64,000 nucleotides of DNA. Origin: Candidatus Hydrogenedentales bacterium. Its GTDB lineage: Bacteria; Hydrogenedentota; Hydrogenedentia; Hydrogenedentales; SLHB01. The notes beneath the pieces are model-generated. The model made no database searches. It was given only the letters and a program-made list of their open reading frames with translations, and was not told where the DNA came from. Made by a program: the position numbers and the translations under genes. The stretch spans positions 121,416 to 185,415 of the forward strand of contig JBMNGZ010000008.1 in NCBI GenBank assembly GCA_050950105.1, in the 5' to 3' direction. Shown one piece after another: positions 20,173-29,763 of the stretch; position 1 is the stretch's first letter; the number at the start of each line of letters is the position of its first letter.

Positions 20173-23160
20173 ATGAATGTGAGTTACTTCAACGAAGAAA
20201 ACACGATTGAACAGCTCGTGCTGGACACGCTGTCTGACAGGGACAATCAGTGGTGCGTTGCCGAGCCGCAAGCTGATTATCTCGATTCCCACCTCAGTCT
20301 TCAGATTTCAAACCTCCGCTGGCGATTTGCGCCCGCGGAATCCTTGCCGCGCCCGCATTCCGACGTGCTGGTGGAGTCGATGGTGCGCGACGCCCTCATC
20401 CGCCTGAACCCGGAAATCGAGGCCCAGCCCGACCGCGCCGACGAGGTGCTCTACCGCCTGCGGGCCATTGTGTTGTCGGTGCAGAGCGAGGGCCTGGTGC
20501 GGGCCAACGAACTCTTTGCCGAATGGCTGCGAGGCGAGAAATCCATGCCCTTCGGCGAGCGTGGCGAACATACGCCGGTACGCCTGATCGACTTCGAGAA
20601 TCTCAGCAACAACGATTACGTGGTCACCAACCAGTGGGTTTATCCGGTCAAGGAAGGCGGCCGCCGCTTCGACATTATCCTGCTGGTCAACGGCATCCCG
20701 CTGGTGATCGGCGAGGCCAAGACGCCGGTGCGCCCCGCGGTGACCTGGGTGGACGGGGCCAGCGACATCCACAACGGCTACGAACAGAGCGTGCCGCAGA
20801 TGTTTGCGCCGAACATTTTTTCCTTTGCCACCGAGGGCAAGTGCTTTCGCTACGGCTCGGTGCGCATGCCCATCGAGCTTTGGGGGCCCTGGCACGAGGG
20901 TGAAAACAAGGCCGAAGGGACGCTTGCAGACGTTCAGCGTTCCCTCCGCTCCATGCTGCGCCCCCATGTGGTGCTGGACATCCTGCAGAACTTCACCCTC
21001 TTCGCCACCGACAAGAAACACCGGCGCATCAAGATCATCTGTCGCTACCAACAATACGAGGGCGCTAACCTGCTGGTGGACCGCGTGGTCAAAGGTTTTC
21101 CGAAGAAGGGCCTGATCTGGCATTTCCAGGGCTCGGGCAAATCGCTGCTGATGGTCTTCGCGGCACAAAAATTGCGAATGCACCGCCGGCTGGGCAACCC
21201 CACAGTACTCCTTGTGGTGGACCGCATCGACCTGGACACCCAGATCACGGCCACCTTCAACGCCGCCGATATCCCGAACATGATCGGAGCGTCTACCCGG
21301 CAGGAGCTGCAAAACCTGCTGGCGGCCGATACCCGCAAGATCATCATCACCACGATTCATAAATTCGGCGAGGCGGACGGCCGCCTGAACGAGCGCTCGA
21401 ATATCATCGTCATGGTGGACGAGGCGCACCGCACCCAGGAAGGCGATCTCGGGCGCAAAATGCGAGAGGCGTTGCCCAGGGCTTTTCTATTTGGCCTGAC
21501 CGGCACGCCGATCAACAAACGGGACCGAAACACTTTCTGGGCTTTCGGCGCAGACGAGGATGAGCAGGGCTACCTGAGCCGCTACTCCTTCCAAGACTCA
21601 ATCCGAGATAAGGCCACATTACCACTGCATTTCGAAGCGGTGGATGTGAAACTGCGCATCAACAAGGGCGCTATCGACGAAGCCTATGCTGAAATCACCA
21701 ATGAGTTGAGTGAACTGGATCGCGACGACCTGGCCAGGCGTGCTGCCAAGATGGCGGTGTTGATTAAGGCTCCGGTGCGGGTGAACGCCATTTGTCAGCA
21801 CATCGTAAAGCACTTCCAGGAGAAGGTAGAACCGAACGGCTTCAAAGCCCAGGTGGTGACTTTCGATCGCGAGTGCTGCGTGCTCTACAAAAAGGCCATG
21901 GACGAATTGATCGATCCGGAGACCAGCCGCATCGTCATGCACGTCCAGGGCGGCAAATCGGACGAATATGCAGAATGGAAATTGAGCAAAGATGAGGAAG
22001 AAAGACTGCTGGATCGCTTCCGTGACCCTAACGATCCGCTCAATTTCCTGATCGTCACGTCCAAGCTGCTAACGGGTTTTGATGCTCCGATTCTGCAGGT
22101 GATGTATCTGGACAAGCCGATGAGAGATCACAACCTCCTGCAGGCCATCTGCCGTACCAACCGCGTTTATCCCGACAAGACGCACGGCCTGATCGTCGAT
22201 TATCTGGGTATTTTTGATGAGGTGGCCACAGCGCTCGATTTCGATGAAAAGGCGGTCCAGAAGGTCATCACCAATCTGGATGACCTCAAGAAAGAGCTGC
22301 CCGGCGCGGTTGCAAGCTGCCTGGCCTTCTTTCCTGGCGTAGATCGCACCGTGGGCGGCTACGAGGGACTCATCACGGCACAGGATTGCCTGCCCAATAA
22401 CGAGGCCCGGGACAGTTTTGCGGCCGAATTCTCGGTGCTATCCCAGCTGTGGGAGGCGCTGTCTCCCGATCCCTGTCTCGCCCCTCATGAAAAGGACTAC
22501 AAATGGCTCACTCAGGTCTATGTGTCGGTGAAGCCGCCCAGTGGCAATGGCAAACTGCTTTGGCACGCCTTGGGAGCGAAAACCATCGAATTGGTGCATG
22601 AGAATGTGCATCTGGAGATGGTGCGCGATGATCTGGAAACCCTGGTGATGGACCCTGAAATATTTGAAGAGCTGCTCGCTGCGAAAGATCCTGACAGGAA
22701 ATCCAGGGAAATAGAGAACAAGATAATTACCCGGCTCCGCAAACACCAGAACATTCCAGAATTCATCGCCCTGGGCGAACGCCTCGAAAAACTCAGAGAA
22801 CGGCACGAGCAGGGTCTGCTGCATAGTATAGATTTCCTCAAAGAGCTGCTGACCCTCGCCAAAGAGGTCGTTCAGGCCGAAAAACAGGCTAACCCTGCCG
22901 ATGAACAAGCCAAGGCCAAAGCGGCTCTGACCGAATTGTTCGCCGAGGTTAAGAATGCCAAAACGCCGGTGGTAGTTGAGCGGATCGTCACCGATATTGA
23001 CGAGATCGTCCGGCAGGTCCGTTTTCCCGGTTGGCAAAACACCAAGTCAGGGGAACGCGATGTACAAAAAGCCTTGCGCAGGGTGATTTACGTGAAGTAT
23101 CAGATCAAAGACCAGGATCTATTCGATAAGGCTTTTGGATATATACGTCAGTACTACTAG
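20173..23160 (+). CDS. hsdR: Type I R-M restriction subunit
   Basis: DIILLVNGIPLVIGEAK nuclease motif, WHFQGSGKS, DEAHR, TGTP, LLTGFDAP, QAICRTNR. Confidence 0.95.
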   Translation: MNVSYFNEENTIEQLVLDTLSDRDNQWCVAEPQADYLDSHLSLQISNLRWRFAPAESLPRPHSDVLVESMVRDALIRLNPEIEAQPDRADEVLYRLRAIVLSVQSEGLVRANELFAEWLRGEKSMPFGERGEHTPVRLIDFENLSNNDYVVTNQWVYPVKEGGRRFDIILLVNGIPLVIGEAKTPVRPAVTWVDGASDIHNGYEQSVPQMFAPNIFSFATEGKCFRYGSVRMPIELWGPWHEGENKAEGTLADVQRSLRSMLRPHVVLDILQNFTLFATDKKHRRIKIICRYQQYEGANLLVDRVVKGFPKKGLIWHFQGSGKSLLMVFAAQKLRMHRRLGNPTVLLVVDRIDLDTQITATFNAADIPNMIGASTRQELQNLLAADTRKIIITTIHKFGEADGRLNERSNIIVMVDEAHRTQEGDLGRKMREALPRAFLFGLTGTPINKRDRNTFWAFGADEDEQGYLSRYSFQDSIRDKATLPLHFEAVDVKLRINKGAIDEAYAEITNELSELDRDDLARRAAKMAVLIKAPVRVNAICQHIVKHFQEKVEPNGFKAQVVTFDRECCVLYKKAMDELIDPETSRIVMHVQGGKSDEYAEWKLSKDEEERLLDRFRDPNDPLNFLIVTSKLLTGFDAPILQVMYLDKPMRDHNLLQAICRTNRVYPDKTHGLIVDYLGIFDEVATALDFDEKAVQKVITNLDDLKKELPGAVASCLAFFPGVDRTVGGYEGLITAQDCLPNNEARDSFAAEFSVLSQLWEALSPDPCLAPHEKDYKWLTQVYVSVKPPSGNGKLLWHALGAKTIELVHENVHLEMVRDDLETLVMDPEIFEELLAAKDPDRKSREIENKIITRLRKHQNIPEFIALGERLEKLRERHEQGLLHSIDFLKELLTLAKEVVQAEKQANPADEQAKAKAALTELFAEVKNAKTPVVVERIVTDIDEIVRQVRFPGWQNTKSGERDVQKALRRVIYVKYQIKDQDLFDKAFGYIRQYY

Positions 23161-23278
23161 TGATGTTCGTCGCCTTAGCGAGGTTGTAAATTGGCGACTT
23201 GCTGGAGCGACTGATTCTTCTACTAGAGGAGTAGCAACCTGAAAATCGTTGCCGTTGGGAAACCATTTTCGTTGCTCG

Positions 23279-24838
23279 TCAGGCCTTTTGCGCCTCTTGC
23301 CTTTCCAGAAACTTCTGTACGGCTTGGGGAGAGATTCCCAGCAAGCGCGCCGCCTTGCTCTTGTTTCCGCCCGTAAACTCAAGCGCTTGAACAAAGAAGC
23401 GTTTTCGGGCTTCCTCCAAAAACGATTTGACGCAGAAGCCTTCGTGGGGCAGGGGAAACGTCTGCAGGGCGGCCTTTAGACTCTGGTCGCGCGAGAAGAC
23501 CACGTCACCGGCATCGATTACATCCCCTTTGGAAAACAGACACGACTGCGAAAGAACGTTGTGCAAGTCTCGCACGTTGCCCGGCCACGAGTGCTGTTGG
23601 AGTTTCCGTAATGCGCCCCGGGAGAGTTGTTTGGGTGTCCGCAACTGTTGGTTGATCCCGTCAAGGAGATGAAGCGCTATTCGCGGGATGTCACTGGGTC
23701 TCTCGCGCAGGGCGGGTATCTGCAGTTCCACCGAGGCCAAACGGTAATACAGGTCCTCTCGGAATTCCCGTTTCGCGGCTCGCTCCCGCAGATCCCGGTT
23801 GCTTGCGGCAACAATGCGGACATTGACTTTTTTGGCCTTTCTTGCACCGATGGGTTGGACCAGGCCGTCCTCCAGAACTCTCAGCAGTTTTACCTGAACA
23901 TCGAGCGGGAGTTCGCCCACCTCGTCCAGGAAAAGCGTGCCGTTGTCTGCGGTCGCGAACCTCCCCTCCTGGTCACGCACGGCTCCGGTAAAGGCCCCTT
24001 TGATATGCCCAAACAGAGTGCTTTCCGCGAGATCCTTTGGAATCGCGCCGCAATTCAGGGGAACGAATGGTGCGGTTACACGGTCGCTCAACATGTGAAT
24101 CAGGCGCGCGAGCAGTTCCTTGCCGGTGCCCGTCTCCCCGGAGATCAGCACCGTCAGCGTGCTCGCAGCCGCTATTCTCGTGCGCTCAAGTACCTCTATC
24201 ATCTGAGGATGGTCTCCGACGATCCCCAGTTTGGCACGTGCCGTGTGCAACGCGGAATCCGATGGCCTGGATACGTCTTCTGCGCCGCCCTGGCGTCGTG
24301 AACGGGCGGGCGGGCGCTCTCTGCGTGCCACGCTCTCTGCCCGCGGAGGGACGCCTTTTCCCATCTGGAAAAGGCTCTCCGGGTCCAGTTCCATTACCGG
24401 AGGCACGTCGTCCGTCACAAACCTTGGCGGACGCGCCTGCAGCAGTCGCACAGGAAAAGGAGTCTCATTCAAAAGCACCAGCCAGCACGCATGGATTTGC
24501 GGTGTCCCGGATGCCACGGAAACGAAGAAACTCGCTTTCGGAAAAGCTCGGCGCAGTTTGTCCAATTCGAGGCGCATCACGGCCAATATGGCACGGTAGT
24601 CCGTCGGGTCAGCCAGTGGTACGTCGCGAAGGTCTACGGCTATATGGGGAAAGCGCGTTTCCAACGCCTCGCACGTGTGCTCCGCGCTCTCTCGCATGCC
24701 AGGCGTACCAAACAGGACCACACGATCAAAGGCGCGGTGCCCAAGCACCGTGAGTACTGGTCCCGGCAGCTCGTCTCCTTCCAATACACCAAACGCATAG
24801 GGGTCGTGATTGCCTGTAAACGTCAATAAGATATCCAT
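23279..24838 (-). CDS. Sigma-54-dependent activator (bEBP) with N-terminal CARF/RtcR-like sensor domain
   Basis: Start MDILLTFTGNHDP (ATG 24838, gaggtg RBS). CARF-like GPVL, DPTDY and VSVASGTPQ. AAA+ GETGTGKE, intact GAFTGA, FLDEVG, FREDLYYRL. Fis HTH GNKSKAARLLGISPQAV. Confidence 0.88.
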   Translation of the reverse strand: MDILLTFTGNHDPYAFGVLEGDELPGPVLTVLGHRAFDRVVLFGTPGMRESAEHTCEALETRFPHIAVDLRDVPLADPTDYRAILAVMRLELDKLRRAFPKASFFVSVASGTPQIHACWLVLLNETPFPVRLLQARPPRFVTDDVPPVMELDPESLFQMGKGVPPRAESVARRERPPARSRRQGGAEDVSRPSDSALHTARAKLGIVGDHPQMIEVLERTRIAAASTLTVLISGETGTGKELLARLIHMLSDRVTAPFVPLNCGAIPKDLAESTLFGHIKGAFTGAVRDQEGRFATADNGTLFLDEVGELPLDVQVKLLRVLEDGLVQPIGARKAKKVNVRIVAASNRDLRERAAKREFREDLYYRLASVELQIPALRERPSDIPRIALHLLDGINQQLRTPKQLSRGALRKLQQHSWPGNVRDLHNVLSQSCLFSKGDVIDAGDVVFSRDQSLKAALQTFPLPHEGFCVKSFLEEARKRFFVQALEFTGGNKSKAARLLGISPQAVQKFLERQEAQKA

Positions 24839-24887
24839 GTTCACCTCGGGTCTGATTCGGGAACTCCCCCCCGACCTTCTCATCATC

Positions 24888-24921
24888 CAACCTTGGTTGA
24901 GGAATTTCAACCCGGGTTGAA
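24888..24921. promoter_or_regulatory. Two palindromic CAACC-N2-GGTTG sites, candidate upstream activator sequences
   Basis: caaccttggttg (24888-24899) and perfect palindrome ttcaacccgggttgaa (24906-24921). Centres are 20 bp apart. Confidence 0.65.
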
Positions 24922-24973
24922 GCCAGGATTTGCCCGTTTCCACAAAGAGCCATTCCGGGAGGCACTTTTCGCG

Positions 24974-24990
24974 TTGGCATGCGGCTTGCT
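24974..24990 (+). promoter_or_regulatory. Sigma-54 (-24/-12) promoter facing cas10
   Basis: TTGGCATGCGGCTTGCT matches YTGGCACG-N4-TTGCW at all but one specified position. GG-N10-GC spacing is exact. Confidence 0.8.
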
Positions 24991-25158
24991 GAACCTCTGT
25001 TGCATAACTACAATGGGCATGGATGCCGCGCATGGTATACGCAGCGATGGTCGCAGCTAGCAGACATCATCCATGCAGGCCCTGGCGGGGGGCTTTATCC
25101 GATTGCTCAACAGGCCTTTCTCGATCAGCAGGGTCGCAAGTGACATACGGAGGGTTGT

Positions 25159-27606
25159 ATGGACACCAAGCTTGAACGTCTGGCGACGGCCGCGCTGCTC
25201 CACGATATTGGGAAGTTCTGGAGCAGAACGGGAGCACCCAGGCCATTCACAGAACAGGAAGCGGCCCATTTCAGTGGCTCCTGGCAGTATGCGCTCTGGA
25301 CCGGCCAGTTCGTGGAACAATATCTCGAGGATGCCGAACTTGCCGCCTGGGCCAGGATGCACCATTCGCCTGATTCTATCGAATCCAGCATCATCTCCCT
25401 GGCCGACTGCTTGTCTTCCGGAGAGCGGAGGCTGGACGATACACAGCAGACCGGCGCGCCCGAATCCGCGCCACTGGTAAATATTCTCAGCTGTCTGCGA
25501 ATTTCGGAGGAACAGCCGGAGTGCGCGCCGCGAAGCGTGCTGCCGTTGTCTCAGCACGGGGATTTTGAGGCAGCGTCGCTCCCTCTGTCTGCCGAGACGA
25601 CGCTTTCAAAGGACGATTACGGTGCGCTCTGGAAGGCATTTTCGGCGCAGGCTGAATGCGCCGGGCGGCGGCCTCTGCGCCACAGCACCTGGCTGGCGCT
25701 GATCCGCCGCTTTTGTTCGCGCATACCGGCAGCCACGCCTACCCGCGTGGGCGCGTGGATACCGGACATCAGCCTCTACGACCATGCACGCACCACCGCT
25801 GCCATTTCGGCGTGCCTTTATGCCCAAGGCCTATCGGAGGCGAAGGTATCGGAACTGCGGACCGCCCTCAGCAGCAGGAAAGCAGGCCACCCGGTTCTAG
25901 CCGAACCCATCTGCCGCCTCATTTGCGGAGATTTGTCCGGGATACAGCAATTTCTCTACACCATCGCCACGAAGCATGCCGCCAAAACCCTTCGTGGCCG
26001 TTCTTTCGCGCTGCAGCTTGTTGCCGAGGCCTGTGCCCTCTACCTCTGCGAACAGGCGGGCGTGCCGGAATGCTGCATCCTCTACAACGGCGGGGGACGG
26101 TTTTACGCCTTGCTACCCGTGAAAACCGACGTCCAGGCCATGGCAGATTGCCTCAGCGAGCGGGTTCATGCGGCCTTTGAGGGCCGTTTGTCGATGCATC
26201 TGGGTGATGTAGCGGTTACTCCATCAGATTTTCAGGCGGGCCGGTTCTCGCAGCTCTGGGCTGCCGCCGGGCGGGCGGCAACGGCTGAGAAAGCGCGCAA
26301 ATATACGATGCTGGCCCGCAACGACTACGACGCGGTGTTTGGGTTCCAGGATCAGGGGGGAGAAACGTCCAAATGCTCCGTATGCGGCGCGGAAGGCAAA
26401 CTTCAGCCCTACGAGGCGGATATCGAAGTTTGTGAGGACTGCGCCGAATATGAGGAACTCGGCAGGCATCTCCCGTACGCCCAATGGCTGGTCCGGAGCG
26501 CTCCCACGGACCGTTCAAGTGCGCTCCACAGATTTTTTAACACGCTCGGCTGCGATTATACGATCGCCGTCAAAGCCGAGGAGGTACAGCGTCTGGACGC
26601 CTGGGAAATCACGCAGTTGAACGGTTTTGACATCAAGGGGCTCGAGGCATTGAGGCCTCCGTCCAACTGCGCATTGAACTACCGGCTCACCGCGCGCGCC
26701 TGGCCTCGCGACAATAGCGGAAGCGTCCTGACCTTTGAGGAGATGGCGGCACAGGCCCGCGGCACGAAGAAGCTTGGCGTTTTCCGGGCGGACGTGGATA
26801 ACCTGGGCGCGCTGTTCAGCCTGGGCCTGGGCGACGGCGCCACCATGAGCCGGGTGGCGGCGGTCAGCACCCTGCTGTCCGACTTTTTTGAGGGATACCT
26901 CCATCACCTGGTGGATACGGAGTATGCGAATACCGTGGGCGTGGTCTTTGCCGGGGGCGACGACCTCTTTGTCGTGGGCGCGTGGGACGATATATTTGAT
27001 TTTGCCGTGCGGCTGGGCCGGGATTTTGATACCTATACCGGTGCGAACCCCGATCTCACATTCTCAGGGGGAATCGTCATCGTAGACGATCATCTCCCGA
27101 TACGCTATGCCGCCCAGATGGCTGCGAACGCCGAGGAAACCGCAAAATCCTATTCGCGTGGCGGGCGTGAAAAAAATGCCCTCACGCTGTTTGGCACTCC
27201 CCTCGGGTTCGAGGAATTGCCGGCGTTCACCAGTTTCAAAGAGCTGCTGCTTGACACGTTGGCCCCCGCAGATGGGCCCGGCGTGCCCAAATCGTTTCTG
27301 CGGCGGCTCTTCGACATCTGGGAAGCCTATCTGCGCGAACGGAAAATCATCGACCGGCGTGTCCGAGGGCGCGATCCAACGCTCGAGACCGCCAAGGCCG
27401 AGGCGCGCTGGCAACGCTGGCGCTGGCTGCTCGTGTATGGCATCCGCAAATTCGCGAAGAGTTGCTCCGAACGGAGCGCCGAAATCAAGGAAGTTCAACG
27501 GCGCCTGCTGGAACCGTATGAAGGGAAACTGTCAATCGAGGATCGGCTCGGCGTGCCCCTGCGGTGGGTCGAGCTGCTAACGAGGGAGGAACGTCGGGAT
27601 GAGTGA
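25159..27606 (+). CDS. cas10: Type III-A CRISPR Cas10/Csm1
   Basis: HD motif ALLHDIGK, DISLYDH, GDLSGIQQFLY, LRGRSF, CxxC..CxxC, ADVDNLG, intact Palm2 FAGGDDLF. Confidence 0.96.
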   Translation: MDTKLERLATAALLHDIGKFWSRTGAPRPFTEQEAAHFSGSWQYALWTGQFVEQYLEDAELAAWARMHHSPDSIESSIISLADCLSSGERRLDDTQQTGAPESAPLVNILSCLRISEEQPECAPRSVLPLSQHGDFEAASLPLSAETTLSKDDYGALWKAFSAQAECAGRRPLRHSTWLALIRRFCSRIPAATPTRVGAWIPDISLYDHARTTAAISACLYAQGLSEAKVSELRTALSSRKAGHPVLAEPICRLICGDLSGIQQFLYTIATKHAAKTLRGRSFALQLVAEACALYLCEQAGVPECCILYNGGGRFYALLPVKTDVQAMADCLSERVHAAFEGRLSMHLGDVAVTPSDFQAGRFSQLWAAAGRAATAEKARKYTMLARNDYDAVFGFQDQGGETSKCSVCGAEGKLQPYEADIEVCEDCAEYEELGRHLPYAQWLVRSAPTDRSSALHRFFNTLGCDYTIAVKAEEVQRLDAWEITQLNGFDIKGLEALRPPSNCALNYRLTARAWPRDNSGSVLTFEEMAAQARGTKKLGVFRADVDNLGALFSLGLGDGATMSRVAAVSTLLSDFFEGYLHHLVDTEYANTVGVVFAGGDDLFVVGAWDDIFDFAVRLGRDFDTYTGANPDLTFSGGIVIVDDHLPIRYAAQMAANAEETAKSYSRGGREKNALTLFGTPLGFEELPAFTSFKELLLDTLAPADGPGVPKSFLRRLFDIWEAYLRERKIIDRRVRGRDPTLETAKAEARWQRWRWLLVYGIRKFAKSCSERSAEIKEVQRRLLEPYEGKLSIEDRLGVPLRWVELLTREERRDE

Positions 27607-27964
27607 GTTCGCAATAGCCGTAGAAAAGGGCATCGACAATACCTTCGTCAAGTGGGCCGACGGATTTGGACAGAGTATTGCCCGCGGCGTCACGACCAGC
27701 CAGATCCGCAACATCTTCGGCAGTGTTAAAAAGCTCGAGATGAGCGGAGACCTCGACCTGCCGCAATTGCTGCTGCTGAAACCCAAAATCGCCTATGCAC
27801 GGCAACGAACCAGAGGATTGGCGCCGCTGGCAGACCAGCTCACGTCGGCCATCGATGCGGTCGATGCCGCCAGCGACCCGGCCGGTAAACAGGAACGTTT
27901 CCAGCGCTTCTGCCAAGGGTTCGAAGCCATTCTTGCCTACCATCGCGCGCATGGCGGCAAATAA
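27599..27964 (+). CDS. csm2: Type III-A small subunit Csm2
   Basis: TTSQIRNIF, LLKPKIAYA, FEAILAYH. Confidence 0.93.
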   Translation: MSEFAIAVEKGIDNTFVKWADGFGQSIARGVTTSQIRNIFGSVKKLEMSGDLDLPQLLLLKPKIAYARQRTRGLAPLADQLTSAIDAVDAASDPAGKQERFQRFCQGFEAILAYHRAHGGK

Positions 27965-27982
27965 GCCAGGAGGGGTGACATC

Positions 27983-28753
27983 ATGACGGAATTGAGACAT
28001 ATCGGACGAATCAAGATTTCAGGGCGTATCGAGGCCCTTACCGGGCTGCATATCGGAGGGACCGAGGTCGGGCTGGCGATCGGCGGGGCCGACAGCACCG
28101 TGGTGCGCAACGGTCTGGACGGCCGGCCCTACATTCCCGGCTCGAGCCTGAAGGGCAAGATGCGCTGCCTGCTGGCGCGCGTGTACACCCCCGGCAGGCT
28201 CGAGGACCCGCGCGGCAGCAGATTCCCGCGATTGTTCAAAGTGACCAGCAGAGAGGAATACGAGGATCCCTCGAAGTCTTTCCTCTTTCACATCTTCGGC
28301 GTGACGCCCGAGGAAATTCGCAAGCTCGAGGGGGAAGCCCTTCCCACGCGGCTTATCGTGCGCGACGCCATGATGACCGATGAAACCGCCGAGGCCCTCG
28401 AACGGAGCCTCTACACCGACATGCCCATGACGCAAGTGAAAACGGAAGTGATTATCGACCGCATCACCTCGCAGGCCACGCCCCGACAAATGGAGCGCGT
28501 GCCTGCCGGCGCCCAGTTCGCTTATGAACTGGTCTTCAACGTGTTCTTTGAGTCCGACCTCGCGTTTCTGCCGTATGTGGCGGAAGCGATGGATCTGCTC
28601 GAGAACGACTATCTCGGCGGGCAGGGCTCCCGCGGCTATGGCCAGGTGCAGTTCACAACCTGTCAGGTGGATGTCGTGTCGTTTAATGGCGTCGATCTGG
28701 CCGCGAAAAACGAGGTGGCGGCCTTCAGGCAAACCGTGGAACGCGGAGTGTAA
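27983..28753 (+). CDS. csm3: Type III-A Csm3 (Cas7)
   Basis: TGLHIGG, IGGADSTVVR (catalytic Asp present), PYIPGSSLKGKMR, ERVPAG, YLGGQGSRGYG. Confidence 0.95.
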   Translation: MTELRHIGRIKISGRIEALTGLHIGGTEVGLAIGGADSTVVRNGLDGRPYIPGSSLKGKMRCLLARVYTPGRLEDPRGSRFPRLFKVTSREEYEDPSKSFLFHIFGVTPEEIRKLEGEALPTRLIVRDAMMTDETAEALERSLYTDMPMTQVKTEVIIDRITSQATPRQMERVPAGAQFAYELVFNVFFESDLAFLPYVAEAMDLLENDYLGGQGSRGYGQVQFTTCQVDVVSFNGVDLAAKNEVAAFRQTVERGV

Positions 28754-28758
28754 GCGCC

Positions 28759-29763
28759 ATGGAAATCTATCGCGTGCACATCCGGCCCAGGGCGCCCTTT
28801 TTCAATGGGCCCCACAGCCGCGCGCCCAAAACGGGGGCGTTGGTCCATTCCGACACGTTGCATGCAGCCTTGGTGAGCGTCGCGGCCATGCACGGCTCAC
28901 CCCTGCTCAAACGCGCGGAAACCCTGCGGGTCTCGTCGCTGTATCCGAGCTGGGGGGGAGTCTGCTTCCTGCCGAAACCGTTTTTGCGTCCTCCCGGCGA
29001 AGAGGGGGCGAGCAATCCGCTCGAACGCAAACGATGGAAGACGATCCGGCTGGTCTCTGAAGGCATGCTTACGGCGTGGCTCGCTGGCGCCCTCGAGGAA
29101 TCGCAATTGGCCTCGGAAGCCCCGGCCGGGTGCGCCCTGCTGCAGGATGAGCTGCCCACGGGAGCGCCCGTGCCTCGCGCGCTGATGGCGGAGGAGATTT
29201 CGGCGGCCGTCGCCGTTGACCGGCACGGTGCGGGCACGATGCCCTTCGATCGCCGCGGATTGCGCGTCAACACCGGTGAAGGGTGCGGTGCGTATTTTCT
29301 CGCCGAGCTGGAGGACGCCGAATCCGGCCCATTTCGCGCTCTGGCCGACCACCTGGGCGAGCAAGGGCTGGGCGGGGAACGCTCGGTCGGCTACGGCCGC
29401 TTCGAGGTCGCATCGTGTGAGCCCGTTGGCGGCACATTGTTCGCGACGCACGGCGCTGCCGATGCCTTCCTGACCCTGAGCCTCTACCTGCCCACGGAGG
29501 AGGAAGTCGCGGCGGGAGCGCTCGAGGCGCCCGCGGCCTACGATTGCACCGTGCGCGGCGGATGGATACACAGCGCGGGCGGCACGACCCAGCGAAAGCG
29601 CTCGCTCCGCATGTGCGTTGAAGGCGGCGTCTTCAAAAAAATCTCCGGCCGGCACGGTGACGTGCGCAACACGGCCCCTGCCTCTTTTACGAGGCATCCC
29701 GTCTACCGTTCCGGCTTGGCCTTCGAACTCCCGTTCCAGTTCAAGGAGGGTATCCACTCATGA
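28759..29763 (+). CDS. csm4: Type III-A Csm4 (Cas5)
   Basis: HSDTLHAAL, VSSLYP, FLPKP, GLGGERSVGYG, RGGW, HPVYRSG. Confidence 0.92.
   Translation: MEIYRVHIRPRAPFFNGPHSRAPKTGALVHSDTLHAALVSVAAMHGSPLLKRAETLRVSSLYPSWGGVCFLPKPFLRPPGEEGASNPLERKRWKTIRLVSEGMLTAWLAGALEESQLASEAPAGCALLQDELPTGAPVPRALMAEEISAAVAVDRHGAGTMPFDRRGLRVNTGEGCGAYFLAELEDAESGPFRALADHLGEQGLGGERSVGYGRFEVASCEPVGGTLFATHGAADAFLTLSLYLPTEEEVAAGALEAPAAYDCTVRGGWIHSAGGTTQRKRSLRMCVEGGVFKKISGRHGDVRNTAPASFTRHPVYRSGLAFELPFQFKEGIHS

Noticed and set aside
24839-25033. N-terminal extension of ORF 23279..25033
   Set aside because: It overlaps the enhancer sites and sigma-54 box. ATG 24838 has an RBS and starts the CARF-like domain.
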